From Chloroflexota bacterium (GTDB taxonomy: Bacteria > Chloroflexota > Dehalococcoidia > GIF9 > UBA5629), in NCBI GenBank assembly GCA_037443085.1, contig JBBIPA010000004.1:15353-79352 (forward strand): DNA of 64,000 bases, read 5' to 3'. Positions within the stretch are counted from its first letter, which is position 1. Each line of letters starts with the position of its first letter. A program made the position numbers and the translations under genes. Below the pieces are notes generated by a model, which saw only the letters and a program-made list of their open reading frames with translations, was not told the DNA's origin and ran no database searches. Positions 1 through 9,938 of this stretch are shown in pieces.

Positions 1-135
1 CTGAGCCGCCGGCGAAGGCACAAATTTAAGTATATTCAATGCCTCGTCAACCGGCTTGCCCCGCACCATGTCAACAATCAGCTTCACCTTGCGGGACGGT
101 ATGCCGACATCTTTCGCTATCGCCTGTACTTTCAT
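1..135 (-). CDS. rplV: 50S ribosomal protein L22 (N-terminal part, gene continues beyond window start)
   Basis: Reverse complement of 1..135 translates to MKVQAIAKDVGIPSRKVKLIVDMVRGKPVDEALNILKFVPSPAAQ, a typical L22 N-terminus. Position after rpsS matches S10-operon order. Confidence 0.85.
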   Translation of the reverse strand, partial: MKVQAIAKDVGIPSRKVKLIVDMVRGKPVDEALNILKFVPSPAAQ

Positions 136-145
136 AATTTATACC

Positions 146-427
146 CTATTTCTGAGCCACAGTTACCTGGGCTTTAGTCACATGCCCCCGGAATATCCGG
201 GTCATGGCAAACTCGCCCAGCTTATGTCCTACCATGTTCTCCGTAATGAAGATAGGCACATGGCGCCGACCATCGTGTACTGCAATGGTAAGGCCAATCA
301 TCTCAGGCATGATAGTAGAGGCGCGTGCCCATGTCTTGATTACGGTTTTCTCGCCGGAGCGATTAACCTTCTTCACCTTCTCCATTAACTTTTCATCACA
401 ATAAGGACCTTTTCTTGTTGAACGCAT
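146..427 (-). CDS. rpsS: 30S ribosomal protein S19
   Basis: 93 aa ORF; MRSTRKGPY...[15 protein letters not shown] is the canonical S19 core. Confidence 0.93.
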   Translation of the reverse strand: MRSTRKGPYCDEKLMEKVKKVNRSGEKTVIKTWARASTIMPEMIGLTIAVHDGRRHVPIFITENMVGHKLGEFAMTRIFRGHVTKAQVTVAQK

Positions 428-449
428 CCTGCTCTACCTCTTTATGTGA

Positions 450-1280
450 TTACACATTTACCTTTCTTCGTCTTACAATCAGCCTGTCTGACGCTTTTCG
501 ACCGCGTGTTTTATGCCCCAGTGCTGGCTTGCCCTGTGGCGTCTTGGGCGACATACCACGAGGCGACCTTCCTTCACCACCGCCATGCGGGTGGTCACGC
601 GGCGTCATAGCAGAACCGCGCACCTTGGGACGCCGCCCCAGCCATCTGGTCCGCCCAGCTTTGCCTGACTTCGTGCTCTGGTGATCTACATTGCCCAGTT
701 GCCCTATTGTGGCTTGGCAATTAGATAAAAATCGCCGCATTTCTCCAGAGGGCAAGCGGACCAGCGCATACTTGCCTTCCAGACCGAGCAACTGCGCCGC
801 AGTGCCGGCACTACGCACCAACTGGCCGCCTTTGCCCGGCTCGAACTCGATGTTATGAATCAATGTGCCCGCAGGAATAGCGCTCAGCGGCATGGTATTG
901 CCAGGCCTGATCTCGGCATTGTTCCCAGTTTCAATCGTCTGCCCTAAACTGAGTCCCAGTGGCGCCAGTATATAGCGCTTCTCCCCGTCAGCATAGTAAA
1001 TCAGCGCTATCCGCGCCGAACGATTCGGGTCGTACTCTATCGCTGCCACCTTACCGGGGACACCAACTTTATCTCTCTTAAAATCGATGATGCGGAGCAT
1101 GCGCTTGGCACCACCACCACGATGACGCGTGGTAACCACACCCCGGCTATTCCGCCCGGCTTTATGCTTAAGCGGTAAAACCAGAGACTTCTCCGGAGTA
1201 GTCTTTGTAATCTCCTCAAAAGTAGTACTCACCTTACCCCGCAAGGTCGGTGACGTTGGCAAATATGTCTTTAATGCCAA
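450..1280 (-). CDS. rplB: 50S ribosomal protein L2
   Basis: 276 aa; conserved L2 motifs ([38 protein letters not shown]). Confidence 0.95.
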   Translation of the reverse strand: MALKTYLPTSPTLRGKVSTTFEEITKTTPEKSLVLPLKHKAGRNSRGVVTTRHRGGGAKRMLRIIDFKRDKVGVPGKVAAIEYDPNRSARIALIYYADGEKRYILAPLGLSLGQTIETGNNAEIRPGNTMPLSAIPAGTLIHNIEFEPGKGGQLVRSAGTAAQLLGLEGKYALVRLPSGEMRRFLSNCQATIGQLGNVDHQSTKSGKAGRTRWLGRRPKVRGSAMTPRDHPHGGGEGRSPRGMSPKTPQGKPALGHKTRGRKASDRLIVRRRKVNV

Positions 1281-1413
1281 AACTTATCTCCTCTTACTTA
1301 GGGATGCCGTCTTTGCCATCGGTTCTTCTTGATAAGCTTCCGATGCTTATGCTTGGCCATCTTCTTTTTTCGTTTCTTAATAACAGAACCCAATGCTGCT
1401 CCCTACTTTAAAT

Positions 1414-1698
1414 TTAAACTCCCTCGAAGAATTCTATCTTCTGCCCCGGCATGAGGGTAACTACCGCCTTTTTCCAGGACTGCGTCATCACCATGCGTCG
1501 GCCTACTCTTTTCTGCTTTCCATGCATGGCAACCACATTTACCTTGGTAACATTCACCTTGAACGCTGCCTCAACAGCATCTTTCACCTGACGCTTGGTA
1601 GCTTTATGTGCTACCTCAAAAGCGTATTTATGCCCTTCCTGGAGAAACGTGCTCTTCTCCGTAATTATGGGGCGTCGCAATACTTCATACAGATGCAT
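1414..1698 (-). CDS. rplW: 50S ribosomal protein L23
   Basis: 94 aa; L23-like sequence (ITEKST...KYAFEVA...VNVV); operon position between L4 and L2. Confidence 0.9.
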   Translation of the reverse strand: MHLYEVLRRPIITEKSTFLQEGHKYAFEVAHKATKRQVKDAVEAAFKVNVTKVNVVAMHGKQKRVGRRMVMTQSWKKAVVTLMPGQKIEFFEGV

Positions 1699-1716
1699 TT
1701 ATCTAAATCCTCACCG

Positions 1717-2370
1717 TTAGCTGCTCGCTGCCGCTTTCTTGACCTCACTCTGCCCCCACAGTTCCTCTGCCTTCTGAACAGCAGTTTTGGTCATAATCAA
1801 CGCCCGGGACGAAAGCACATCAGCTACATTAAGCAAATTCGCCGGCAGCATCTTGACACCAGCCAGATTCCGTACCGACTTAAAGGCATACTGCTCGACT
1901 CCGCCTGTAGCGATAAGAGCCGACGTATCAATACCCAGCGCCACCAGCATATCCAGCATTGCCCTGGTATTCGGCTTATCCAGGTCGAACTCATCGATAA
2001 CTTTTAACTCTCCGCTATTCGCTTTAGCAGAGAGAACGCATCTCAAAGCAAGTCGCCTCATCTTCTTGGGCATGGCCTGCCGATAGCTGCGCGGATGCGG
2101 GCCGAAGGCCACGCCACCACCTCTCAGTACCGGTGTTTTGGCGCTACCGCGACGGGCTCTACCGGTATGCTTCTGGTTGAACAGCTTCTTGGTACTTCTG
2201 ATGACCTCGCCCCTGGTCTTGGTATCGGCAGTTCCCTGGCGGCCATTGGCCAACTGCATTACCAGCGCCTGATGAACCACTGACTCGTTAAAAGGCACAG
2301 CAAAAACAGAGTCATTCAACTCTATCTTGCTTACTTTCTGGCCTTTTTGATTATAAACGTCAACTTTCAC
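1717..2370 (-). CDS. rplD: 50S ribosomal protein L4
   Basis: 217 aa; L4/L1e family sequence; operon position between L3 and L23. Confidence 0.9.
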   Translation of the reverse strand: MKVDVYNQKGQKVSKIELNDSVFAVPFNESVVHQALVMQLANGRQGTADTKTRGEVIRSTKKLFNQKHTGRARRGSAKTPVLRGGGVAFGPHPRSYRQAMPKKMRRLALRCVLSAKANSGELKVIDEFDLDKPNTRAMLDMLVALGIDTSALIATGGVEQYAFKSVRNLAGVKMLPANLLNVADVLSSRALIMTKTAVQKAEELWGQSEVKKAAASS

Positions 2371-2372
2371 TG

Positions 2373-2996
2373 CTATTTCTTACCTTTACTCGCCTTATTG
2401 ATAAGCAGCAGCCCGTTCTTGGCACCGGGTACTGCCCCTTTCACCCACAATACATGTCTTTCCAGATCAACCTCGACCACTTCAATATCACGCACCGTCA
2501 CCCTGCTGTTTCCCATATGTCCCGCCATGCGCAACCCTTTGAACACCCTGCCCGGCGAGGTCGTGGAGCCAACGGCACCCGGCGCTCTCTGCCGGTCAGA
2601 CTGGCCGTGCGTCTTGGGACCACCCTTGAAATGATAGCGCTTCACACCGCCTGCAAAACCTCTACCCTTCGATATGCCGGTAACATTCACCAAATCGCCT
2701 GACTTGAACATGTCAACATCGATTTTCTGTCCTGTCTTTACCGACTTGACATCGTCAACCTTAAATTCGCGGAGATGCTTAAATAATCCCAGTTCCTTGA
2801 GATGCCCTTTCAGCGGAGCATTCAGTCTCTTGGCTGTCTCAAAAGCAAGCTGCACGGCATTATAGCCATCCTTCTCTGCCGATTTCACCTGAGTAACAAA
2901 GCAAGGGCCAGCCTCGATGGCAGTGACTGACACTTCCTTGCCGTCCTTATACCAGTGAGTCATGCCTATTTTCTTGCCAAGTAAACCCTTAACCAT
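2373..2996 (-). CDS. rplC: 50S ribosomal protein L3
   Basis: 207 aa; L3 motifs ([10 protein letters not shown]..., [26 protein letters not shown]). Confidence 0.93.
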   Translation of the reverse strand: MVKGLLGKKIGMTHWYKDGKEVSVTAIEAGPCFVTQVKSAEKDGYNAVQLAFETAKRLNAPLKGHLKELGLFKHLREFKVDDVKSVKTGQKIDVDMFKSGDLVNVTGISKGRGFAGGVKRYHFKGGPKTHGQSDRQRAPGAVGSTTSPGRVFKGLRMAGHMGNSRVTVRDIEVVEVDLERHVLWVKGAVPGAKNGLLLINKASKGKK

Positions 2997-3012
2997 GGTA
3001 CTTTCTACAATC

Positions 3013-3318
3013 CTATCTAATATCTATTTCCACCCCAGACGGTAGCTGGAGCTGTGTTAGCGCATCAATGGTCTTCGACGTGGGACCTAAAATATCAATC
3101 AGACGCTTATGCGTCCTGATCTCGAATTGCTCTCTCGAATCCTTATCGATATGAGGAGAACGGATGACACAGAATTTTTCTATCCTGGTCGGCAGCGGCA
3201 CCGGACCAGCGACCACTGCGCCGGTACGCTCGGCAGTTTCCACAATCTGAGCCACCGACTGGTCCACCAGGCGATGGTCATAACCTCTTACTTTAATTCG
3301 AATATTCTGTTTCGGCAT
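3013..3318 (-). CDS. rpsJ: 30S ribosomal protein S10
   Basis: 101 aa; [21 protein letters not shown]... canonical S10. Confidence 0.95.
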   Translation of the reverse strand: MPKQNIRIKVRGYDHRLVDQSVAQIVETAERTGAVVAGPVPLPTRIEKFCVIRSPHIDKDSREQFEIRTHKRLIDILGPTSKTIDALTQLQLPSGVEIDIR

Positions 3319-3319
3319 G

Positions 3320-5395
3320 TTATCTTCCTTTAACTCGACCGCTAATCTGGTCCACTAAACTATCAGGCACCTCCTGATAGTGATGGAACTGCATAGAAGA
3401 GGTGGCCCTGCCCTGGCTAAGCGACCTGAGCGCCGTAGCATAGCCGAAGATATCAGCCAGTGGTACAAAAGAGCGGATGACACAGGTCTCCCCATGGGTC
3501 TCAATACCCTCGATATGCCCTCTCCTTGAATTTAAATCGCCGATAATATCGCCCATGAACTGCGCTGGAGATACTATTTCCAGTTGCATGAACGGCTCCA
3601 GCAGCACCGGCCGACCTTTCCTCAATGCTTCCTTCACGGCGATGGAGCCTGCCATCTTGAAGGCTATCTCCGAGGAGTCAACCTCGTGATAGCTGCCATC
3701 ATATAATGTCACCTTAATATCAACCACGGGATAGCCGGCGAGCACACCGCTATCCAACGCCTCCTTGGCTCCCTCCTCCACTGCCGGAATAAATTCTCGC
3801 GGGATAGCTCCGCCTTTAATCTGATTCACAAACTGAAAACCGCTGGCTTTATCACCAGGCTCAACCTTAAGCCAGACATGACCATACTGCCCCTTGCCGC
3901 CGGACTGGCGGACAAACCTGCCCTCAGATTCCACCTCCTCGGTGATGGTCTCTTTATAAGCCACCTGCGGCTTGCCTACGTTGACGCTGACATTAAATTC
4001 CCGCAATATGCGGTCTATTAATACTTCCAGGTGCAGTTCACCCATACCTGAGATGAGGGTTTGTCCGGTCTCTTCATCAGAACGGATTTTGAACGTGGGG
4101 TCCTCTTCCGAGAGCTTGTTCAGCACCTCGCCCAGTTTATCCTGGTCTGCTTTGCTCTTCGGCTCGATGGCCATGGAGATAACCGGCTGGGGGAAGCGGA
4201 TAGCCTCAAGAATGATAGGCTCCGCCATATCGCACAGGGTGTCGCCGGTGAAAGTATCCTTTAACCCAACAGTGGCGGCGATAGTGCCGGTGTCAACTTC
4301 GTCTATCTCCTCGCGGCGATTGGCATGCATCAGCACCAGTCGGCCAATTCGTTCTTTGCGTCCCTTGCTGGCATTAAATACCGGCATGGCTGTCCTGATT
4401 TTGCCCGAGTACACCCTGAAATAGACCAGCCTGCCCATAAAGGGGTCAGCCACAACTTTGAATGCCAGAGCAGAAAACGGTGCATCGTCATTGGCTTCAC
4501 GAACGACCTTGTCTCCGGTCTTAGTATCAATACCGCTGATCGGAGGAATATCGAGCGGAGAAGGTAAATAATCCACGACAGCATCCAGCAGAGGCTGAAC
4601 GCCTTTGTTTCTCAAGGCAGTGCCGCAAAGAATGGGCACGATGCGATTGGTCAGCGTCAGCCGCCGTATGGCAGCTTTAAGTTCCGCTGCCGGGACTTCA
4701 GTATTCTCAAGATAGTGCAGCATAAGCTGGTCATCGTTCTCGGCCAGCTTCTCAATCAATAGTTGATGGTAGTGGGCTACCTCATCTTTATATTCAGCAG
4801 GCAATGGCGTTTCCGCGGGAGGTTCAGTGACATCTTCGGAAAAGACCCAGGCTTTCTGTTCCAGCAGGTCGATAACGCCCTCATAAAGGCTCTCCTTGCC
4901 CAGGGGCAACTGGATTACTAATGTTTTTGCCCTGAGGCGCTCCTCGAGCATGCTGACAGTACGGTGAAAGTCAGCCCCGACCCGGTCCATTTTGTTAATA
5001 AAACAGATACGGGGCACCTTGTATCTGTCCGCCTGCCGCCATACCGTCTCCGACTGTGCTTCCACACCTGCTACCGCATCCAGAATGACAATGCCGCCAT
5101 CGAGAACCCTCAGGCTGCGCTCCACTTCAGCAGTGAAATCGACATGCCCCGGGGTATCGATGATGTTGATGCGGTGGTCTTTCCAGTGGCAGGTAGTTGC
5201 CGCAGCAGTGATGGTGATACCTCGCTCACGCTCCTGCTGCATCCAGTCCATGACAGTGGTGCCGTCATCGACATCGCCAACTTTATACGTGCGCCCGGTA
5301 TAGTACAGTATCCGCTCAGTAGAGGTGGTCTTGCCCGCATCTATATGAGCGATGATTCCGATATTTCTTACTTTGTCTAAAGGAAAAGTCCTAGA
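3320..5395 (-). CDS. fusA: Translation elongation factor G
   Basis: GTPase motifs [21 protein letters not shown] and EF-G domains II-V. The ORF track extends to 5461 but the conserved N-terminus starts at [15 protein letters not shown] (ATG 5395..5393), so 5395 was chosen. Confidence 0.9.
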   Translation of the reverse strand, partial: SRTFPLDKVRNIGIIAHIDAGKTTSTERILYYTGRTYKVGDVDDGTTVMDWMQQERERGITITAAATTCHWKDHRINIIDTPGHVDFTAEVERSLRVLDGGIVILDAVAGVEAQSETVWRQADRYKVPRICFINKMDRVGADFHRTVSMLEERLRAKTLVIQLPLGKESLYEGVIDLLEQKAWVFSEDVTEPPAETPLPAEYKDEVAHYHQLLIEKLAENDDQLMLHYLENTEVPAAELKAAIRRLTLTNRIVPILCGTALRNKGVQPLLDAVVDYLPSPLDIPPISGIDTKTGDKVVREANDDAPFSALAFKVVADPFMGRLVYFRVYSGKIRTAMPVFNASKGRKERIGRLVLMHANRREEIDEVDTGTIAATVGLKDTFTGDTLCDMAEPIILEAIRFPQPVISMAIEPKSKADQDKLGEVLNKLSEEDPTFKIRSDEETGQTLISGMGELHLEVLIDRILREFNVSVNVGKPQVAYKETITEEVESEGRFVRQSGGKGQYGHVWLKVEPGDKASGFQFVNQIKGGAIPREFIPAVEEGAKEALDSGVLAGYPVVDIKVTLYDGSYHEVDSSEIAFKMAGSIAVKEALRKGRPVLLEPFMQLEIVSPAQFMGDIIGDLNSRRGHIEGIETHGETCVIRSFVPLADIFGYATALRSLSQGRATSSMQFHHYQEVPDSLVDQISGRVKGR

Positions 5396-5464
5396 CATGG
5401 CGCCATTTCCCGAGCGTCCTGCCGTTTTCGGTTTCAGTTCTTTAGTCGTTGCCGTTACCATCTG

Positions 5465-5935
5465 TTACCATCTGTAATGAGCAAAAGCCTTGTTTGCTTC
5501 AGCCATCTTATGAGTATCTTGTCGCTTCTTAACGGTGTTCCCCTCGCCCTTGGCCGCATCCATAAGCTCACTCGCCAGCTTTTCCGCCATGGTCCGGCCG
5601 GAACGGTCTCTGGCAAAGCCAACCAGCCATTTAATGGCCATAAACTGACCACGTTCCGGTTTCACTTCTACGGGCACCTGGTAGGTGGCGCCACCCACAC
5701 GCCGCGCCTTAATCTGAAGCAGCGGTGTGGCATTCTTTAACGCCTGGTCCAGCACCTCCATAGGGTCGGATTTTGTCCGCTCGCCTACCACGTCCAGAGC
5801 ATCATACATAATCCGCTCTGCAGTAGCCTTCTTGCCGTCCTGCATCAATTTCTTAATTAACCGGGACAGGACATAGCTACCATACTTAGGGTCAGGGGGC
5901 ATAGGTCTCTTAATTGCACTAGCGCGTCGTGGCAT
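5465..5935 (-). CDS. rpsG: 30S ribosomal protein S7
   Basis: 156 aa; S7 sequence (KRPMPPDPKY...LVGFARDR). Confidence 0.93.
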   Translation of the reverse strand: MPRRASAIKRPMPPDPKYGSYVLSRLIKKLMQDGKKATAERIMYDALDVVGERTKSDPMEVLDQALKNATPLLQIKARRVGGATYQVPVEVKPERGQFMAIKWLVGFARDRSGRTMAEKLASELMDAAKGEGNTVKKRQDTHKMAEANKAFAHYRW

Positions 5936-5944
5936 CGAATCTCC

Positions 5945-6382
5945 TTAAGCAGTTGCTGCGGTAGCAGTGCCCTTGCCCTTTTTGGCACCGTATTTGCTTC
6001 GACCCTGCTGGCGATTCTCCACCCCAGCAGCATCCAGTGCGCCGCGAATGATGTGATAGCGGACTCCAGGCAGGTCTTTCACCCTGCCGCCGCGGATGAG
6101 GACTACCGAGTGTTCCTGTAAATTGTGTCCTTCTCCGGGGATATAGGCGGTAACTTCGATGCCATTGGACAATCTCACCCTGGCAATCTTGCGCAGAGCC
6201 GAGTTTGGCTTCTTCGGAGTCATAGTTTTCACCTGAACACATACCCCGCGCTTTTGCGGTGAACCTGCGCCGCGCTTTACCTTGTTCTTCAGGGCATTGT
6301 AGGCAAAGTGCAGCGCCGGGGCTTTGGTCTTCCGGGAAGCCTTCTTGCGACCCTTTCTTACCAGTTGATTAACCGTTGGCAT
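5945..6382 (-). CDS. rpsL: 30S ribosomal protein S12
   Basis: [14 protein letters not shown]... canonical S12 with a short Lys/Ala/Thr-rich C-terminal extension. Confidence 0.93.
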   Translation of the reverse strand: MPTVNQLVRKGRKKASRKTKAPALHFAYNALKNKVKRGAGSPQKRGVCVQVKTMTPKKPNSALRKIARVRLSNGIEVTAYIPGEGHNLQEHSVVLIRGGRVKDLPGVRYHIIRGALDAAGVENRQQGRSKYGAKKGKGTATAATA

Positions 6383-6556
6383 ACGTTATTCCCTATTCCT
6401 TTTTCTCACCTGAAATACCGCCGTCCTACAATAGAAAAGCCACCTAGTTGTCTGCCGGTCTACTTTTTCTGCTCGAATCAGTAGCCCGACTCAACCAGCC
6501 GGCTTAATCGTTTTTTTCTAAGCCTATTACTATGGCTAGTAGACGACGAATAAATA

Positions 6557-6585
6557 ATATAACACAATGGCAAATTGCCTGTCAA
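6557..6585 (-). promoter_or_regulatory. Candidate sigma70-type promoter of the rpsL-rpsG-fusA (str) operon
   Basis: On the minus strand: TTGACA (plus 6580..6585), 17-nt spacer, TTATAT (plus 6557..6562). This implies a leader of about 175 nt before rpsL. Confidence 0.5.
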
Positions 6586-6711
6586 TAGCTACTCTCATAT
6601 TCACAGGCAGGGCACTTCGCTTTTAACCTGAACTCTGGCATCTTTCACCTTTCTTGACTTATACCGTAGAATTTTAACCCGATAACATTGTCGAACTCAA
6701 CGAGCCCCCCC

Positions 6712-6755
6712 TTGACAAATGGGGAACCGGGCAGTAATATTGATAATAATTATCA
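6712..6755 (+). promoter_or_regulatory. Rubrerythrin promoter (TTGACA-17-TAATAT) followed immediately by a perfect 7-1-7 Fur/PerR-type box TGATAATAATTATCA
   Basis: TTGACA 6712..6717, 17-nt spacer, TAATAT 6735..6740. The palindrome TGATAAT-A-ATTATCA at 6741..6755 overlaps the predicted transcription start. Strong RBS AGGAGGAGG lies upstream of ATG 6834. Confidence 0.6.
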
Positions 6756-6833
6756 TTATTGAAATGATGCCAGCAAGATGTAGCCCGCTCTACATTGATA
6801 TAATAAAGAATAACTAAAGAGGAGGAGGAAACC

Positions 6834-7331
6834 ATGTCAAAGTCAGAGCAATATCTCCAGGAAGCCTTCGCCGGTGAATCTCAGGCAAACCGCAAGTACC
6901 TTGCCTTTGCCGCCGCCGCCGATAAAGAGGGCTTCCCCCAGGCAGCCAAACTGTTCCGCGCCGCCGCCGAGGCGGAAACCATCCACGCCCATAACCATCT
7001 CAGGGTGCTTAAGGGGATAAAGAGCACCAAAGAAAATCTTCAGGAAGCGGTCAATGGCGAGAGCCATGAGTTTAAAAAGATGTATCCCGAGATGATTGCC
7101 GCCGCCAAAGCCGAGGACAACAAAGACGCCGAGAGAACATTTAATTACGCCAACGAGGTAGAGAAAGGACATGCTGACCTGTACCAGAAGCTGCTGAACA
7201 GCCTGGGCGCCAGCAAGGAGGTCTATCCCTACTACGTCTGCCCCGTCTGCGGCTATACCTCAGAGAAAGAGCCTCCCGTCAACTGTCCCATCTGCGGCAC
7301 CGCCGGCAAGATGTTCAAAAAGATAGACTGA
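6834..7331 (+). CDS. rbr: Rubrerythrin (ferritin-like diiron domain plus C-terminal rubredoxin-like CxxC...CxxC)
   Basis: 165 aa; diiron ligand pattern (E...EXXH repeats) and C-terminal CPVCGY...CPICG. Confidence 0.85.
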   Translation: MSKSEQYLQEAFAGESQANRKYLAFAAAADKEGFPQAAKLFRAAAEAETIHAHNHLRVLKGIKSTKENLQEAVNGESHEFKKMYPEMIAAAKAEDNKDAERTFNYANEVEKGHADLYQKLLNSLGASKEVYPYYVCPVCGYTSEKEPPVNCPICGTAGKMFKKID

Positions 7332-7369
7332 CAATTAAAAGGTAAATGTGCGGTCACCTGTGGGCAGGC

Positions 7370-8977
7370 TTAAATCTGTATCGTGCCGCCCCTTTCGGGG
7401 AAAAGGACATCAATAGTATTGTTGCTCAGCGACTTTACCCGGTTATAAAACTCGGGCTGCTCGCTGTGCACCGGTATCAGCAGCTCCGGCTTTATCTGAA
7501 GGGCAATCCGCAGCAAATCGGGGCCGCAGGCATGCCCCGAGGCATGCAGCCCCCGCTGCTCCTCCGGTATCTCCCATTCTTCGCCATTTTCCACCGGCAA
7601 GCCAAAGCCTTTCATCCGGAAATGCTTCAGCCACTCATGCAGCCGTCGAAAGTCGATCTCCTGCTCCTCATCATGCGGCTCGCTGGAGCTGAAAACATAG
7701 AGGCTGCCCGGCCCGGGGCTGATGCTGGGCAGCTCATTTAAGTCCCAGAAGCTGAAGCACAGGATAAACTGGTCCTGAGCATCACGAACGTCCTTCGCCA
7801 GCACCACCTTGCTTTCATAGTCGCCATAGATATTCCGCAGCCACTGGTTAGGCGCCCTGTTGGACGTGGTCTCCTGGTAAATGGCAAGGTTATCTTCCCG
7901 GGCAATATCGGGTGTTGCCGGCTCCAGCAGCCGCATGGTCTTCAGCAAATAGGCATCTTTGGGCAGTATCGCCAGCTTCCGGCCGGTCTCCCGGGCAATC
8001 TGTAAAAAGGTGAGCAGGCGGTCGACATCCCGGGGAGAGAAGTCGGCAATCACCAGTCCCTTCGCCCCTTTAATCGCCTTCAGCCCGTTCTGATACACCT
8101 CCGCTTCAGCCACATTGGTCTCGCGGCGCACATTGGTGCCTTCCAAAATCAGCACCCTGGGTTTCAGCTTGCCCGCCTCTTCCATGAACTTTTTGGTGAG
8201 GTGGCCGCGTTTGCCGTGCAACCGCAAATCCCCGCTATAAATCACCCAGCCGGAGCTGGTTTCCATGCCCCAGGCACAGGCGCCAGGGATGGAATGGTCC
8301 ACGGGGAAACACTCCAGTTTGAAGCTGTTGCCGTGATGGTCCTTGATGGGACAGGAAACTGGCTCTTTCTGCTTGGACGTCTTCTCCCAGAAGCCGAAGT
8401 TCCAGAACCGGTATGCCTCCAGGCTCAGCGCCGAGGGATTCATATCACCCAGGCAAAACTGCCGCCGCCGGGTATCGCCGGAAAGGAAGGCTTCCTGTTT
8501 CAAACCGGCAGGACAGCCCCGCTCGGCAGCTCTAAAATAGCATACCTGCTGGTCGAAGTCGGCCTTGCCCGAATCCTGTATCGCTTTGGCGATAAATGCC
8601 GCCACCGAAGTGGAGTAGACCGGTATCTCCTCTTTCAAAAAGGCAATATGCCCGGAATGGTCGAGGTGAGCATGTGACAGCAGCACGCCGTCAACATGGT
8701 CTATCTTTCTATACGCCTCAGCTTGCTTGAGCCTCTGCCATAAGTCTGCCGGCTCGATATCGGGGCGGTAAATCCCCTGCAGCGGCGGCAGCAAGCCCAT
8801 GACCAGGGGGTCGAGCAAACCGGCTCCACCGCGGGGCTTGAGATACTCCTCATAGAACAGCTTATGCCTTTTATAGGGGAAGCCGAAGTCTAGCAACAGC
8901 CTCCGCTCCCCGTCCTCCAGAAGTATCTTGTTGCCCCCTATTTCGTTGATGCCACCATAGAAGCCCAGACTGACCAT
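7370..8977 (-). CDS. MBL-fold metallo-hydrolase of the beta-CASP family (RNase J / CPSF-like ribonuclease candidate)
   Basis: 535 aa; HAHLDHSG (HxHxDH) motif, later HASGHA and a terminal His typical of beta-CASP RNA-metabolising enzymes. Confidence 0.55.
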   Translation of the reverse strand: MVSLGFYGGINEIGGNKILLEDGERRLLLDFGFPYKRHKLFYEEYLKPRGGAGLLDPLVMGLLPPLQGIYRPDIEPADLWQRLKQAEAYRKIDHVDGVLLSHAHLDHSGHIAFLKEEIPVYSTSVAAFIAKAIQDSGKADFDQQVCYFRAAERGCPAGLKQEAFLSGDTRRRQFCLGDMNPSALSLEAYRFWNFGFWEKTSKQKEPVSCPIKDHHGNSFKLECFPVDHSIPGACAWGMETSSGWVIYSGDLRLHGKRGHLTKKFMEEAGKLKPRVLILEGTNVRRETNVAEAEVYQNGLKAIKGAKGLVIADFSPRDVDRLLTFLQIARETGRKLAILPKDAYLLKTMRLLEPATPDIAREDNLAIYQETTSNRAPNQWLRNIYGDYESKVVLAKDVRDAQDQFILCFSFWDLNELPSISPGPGSLYVFSSSEPHDEEQEIDFRRLHEWLKHFRMKGFGLPVENGEEWEIPEEQRGLHASGHACGPDLLRIALQIKPELLIPVHSEQPEFYNRVKSLSNNTIDVLFPERGGTIQI

Positions 8978-9113
8978 ATATTTCCTCTTCTAATTCAATG
9001 TATAGTCTAGATATTTTACCATTTCCCCGGGACAACTATCTGTCACTTACCCGAACGACCGCTACTCACCAATTATGAATTAAAGAACAAGCTCAGAAAT
9101 AGCAGTTCTACAG

Positions 9114-9175
9114 GTTTTGGCATTTCGAACTTGTTTTGGATTTAGAATTTGGGATTTGGTGTTTTTCAATTTGAC
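9114..9175. repeat. Tandem heptanucleotide repeats (NNNNTTT)n, consensus about GGATTTR/GAATTTR, locus A
   Basis: gttttgg catttcg ... tggattt agaattt gggattt ggtgttt ttcaattt. A related array occurs at 19284..19350. Confidence 0.6.
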
Positions 9176-9325
9176 GGTGCTGTTCGGCTGGGTCAGCACC
9201 GCCACCGCCTTCATCGCTATGCTGCTATGCCGTCCGCCTAAGCCGAGGCAGCACTTTCTCTACAGGTTTTAGATTAAAGTAACCGGGCAGGAAGAGGCTT
9301 GACAAACTTGAATATACTGAGGTAT

Positions 9326-9348
9326 CCTTACACCTATAGGGTGTAAGG
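9326..9348 (+). promoter_or_regulatory. Perfect 9-5-9 palindrome CCTTACACC-TATAG-GGTGTAAGG abutting the higB start; candidate HigA operator
   Basis: Arms at 9326..9334 and 9340..9348 are exact reverse complements. The GTG start of higB is at 9349. Confidence 0.5.
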
Positions 9349-9645
9349 GTGGAAATAGACTTCTCGTCGAATCGCCTGGCCTACGCAAGTGTGAATATCT
9401 CAGAGGCTAGCCGACTTTTCGGTGTTCCAATCGGTCGGAAATATATCCAACGGCTGGCAGTTCTGAGGGCTACAGACAAATTCACTCAACTTCATGGGCA
9501 TCGGGCGTTACGGTTGCACTCCTTGAAAGGAAAGCGTGCCGGACAGTATTCGATAACTCTAACTGGAAACTATCGGCTTATTATTGAAAAAGTTCAAGAG
9601 GACAAAGTGCGCATTATAGATGTGGAGGATTATCATGGTGACTAA
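9349..9645 (+). CDS. higB: HigB-like toxin (RelE/ParE superfamily, plasmid maintenance system killer)
   Basis: 98 aa with GTG start. Gene order toxin-then-antitoxin and the 11-nt overlap with the following XRE HTH gene are typical of higBA. Confidence 0.65.
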   Translation: MEIDFSSNRLAYASVNISEASRLFGVPIGRKYIQRLAVLRATDKFTQLHGHRALRLHSLKGKRAGQYSITLTGNYRLIIEKVQEDKVRIIDVEDYHGD

Positions 9646-9922
9646 GACAGATGCTTACCCTGATATTGCTATCCCGCCTGGTGAATACCTCGCGGAGGAA
9701 ATCGAGGCTCGAGGCATTTCTCAAAAGGAACTGGCCAAGCGCATGGGGCGACCACTGAACGCGATTAATGAGATCATTAATGGAAAGAAGTCCATCACAG
9801 CCGCAACTGCCTTACAACTCGAGGAAGTAATGCCGGAAATCCCGGCACGGTTCTGGCTAAACCTGGAGACTGACTTTCAGTTGACCAGAGCATTGATCGA
9901 TAAACACATGAAGGTCGCGTAG
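9635..9922 (+). CDS. higA: HigA-like antitoxin (XRE-family HTH)
   Basis: HTH segment GISQKELAKRMGRPLNAINEIINGKKSIT. ATG 9635 is preceded by GGAGG, and it overlaps the higB stop (TAA 9643..9645). Confidence 0.65.
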   Translation: MVTKTDAYPDIAIPPGEYLAEEIEARGISQKELAKRMGRPLNAINEIINGKKSITAATALQLEEVMPEIPARFWLNLETDFQLTRALIDKHMKVA

Positions 9923-9938
9923 CTATCACACCCCACAC

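Noticed and set aside
5396-5461. N-terminal 22-codon extension of the EF-G ORF (MVTATTKELKPKTAGRSGNGA...)
   Set aside because: Conserved EF-G starts at MSRTF...; the extension would overlap the rpsG stop and is Gly/Thr-rich filler, so the start was moved to 5395.
7346-7741. 131-aa plus-strand ORF overlapping the 3' end of the beta-CASP hydrolase gene
   Set aside because: Overlaps a well-supported minus-strand gene; no RBS or recognisable motif.
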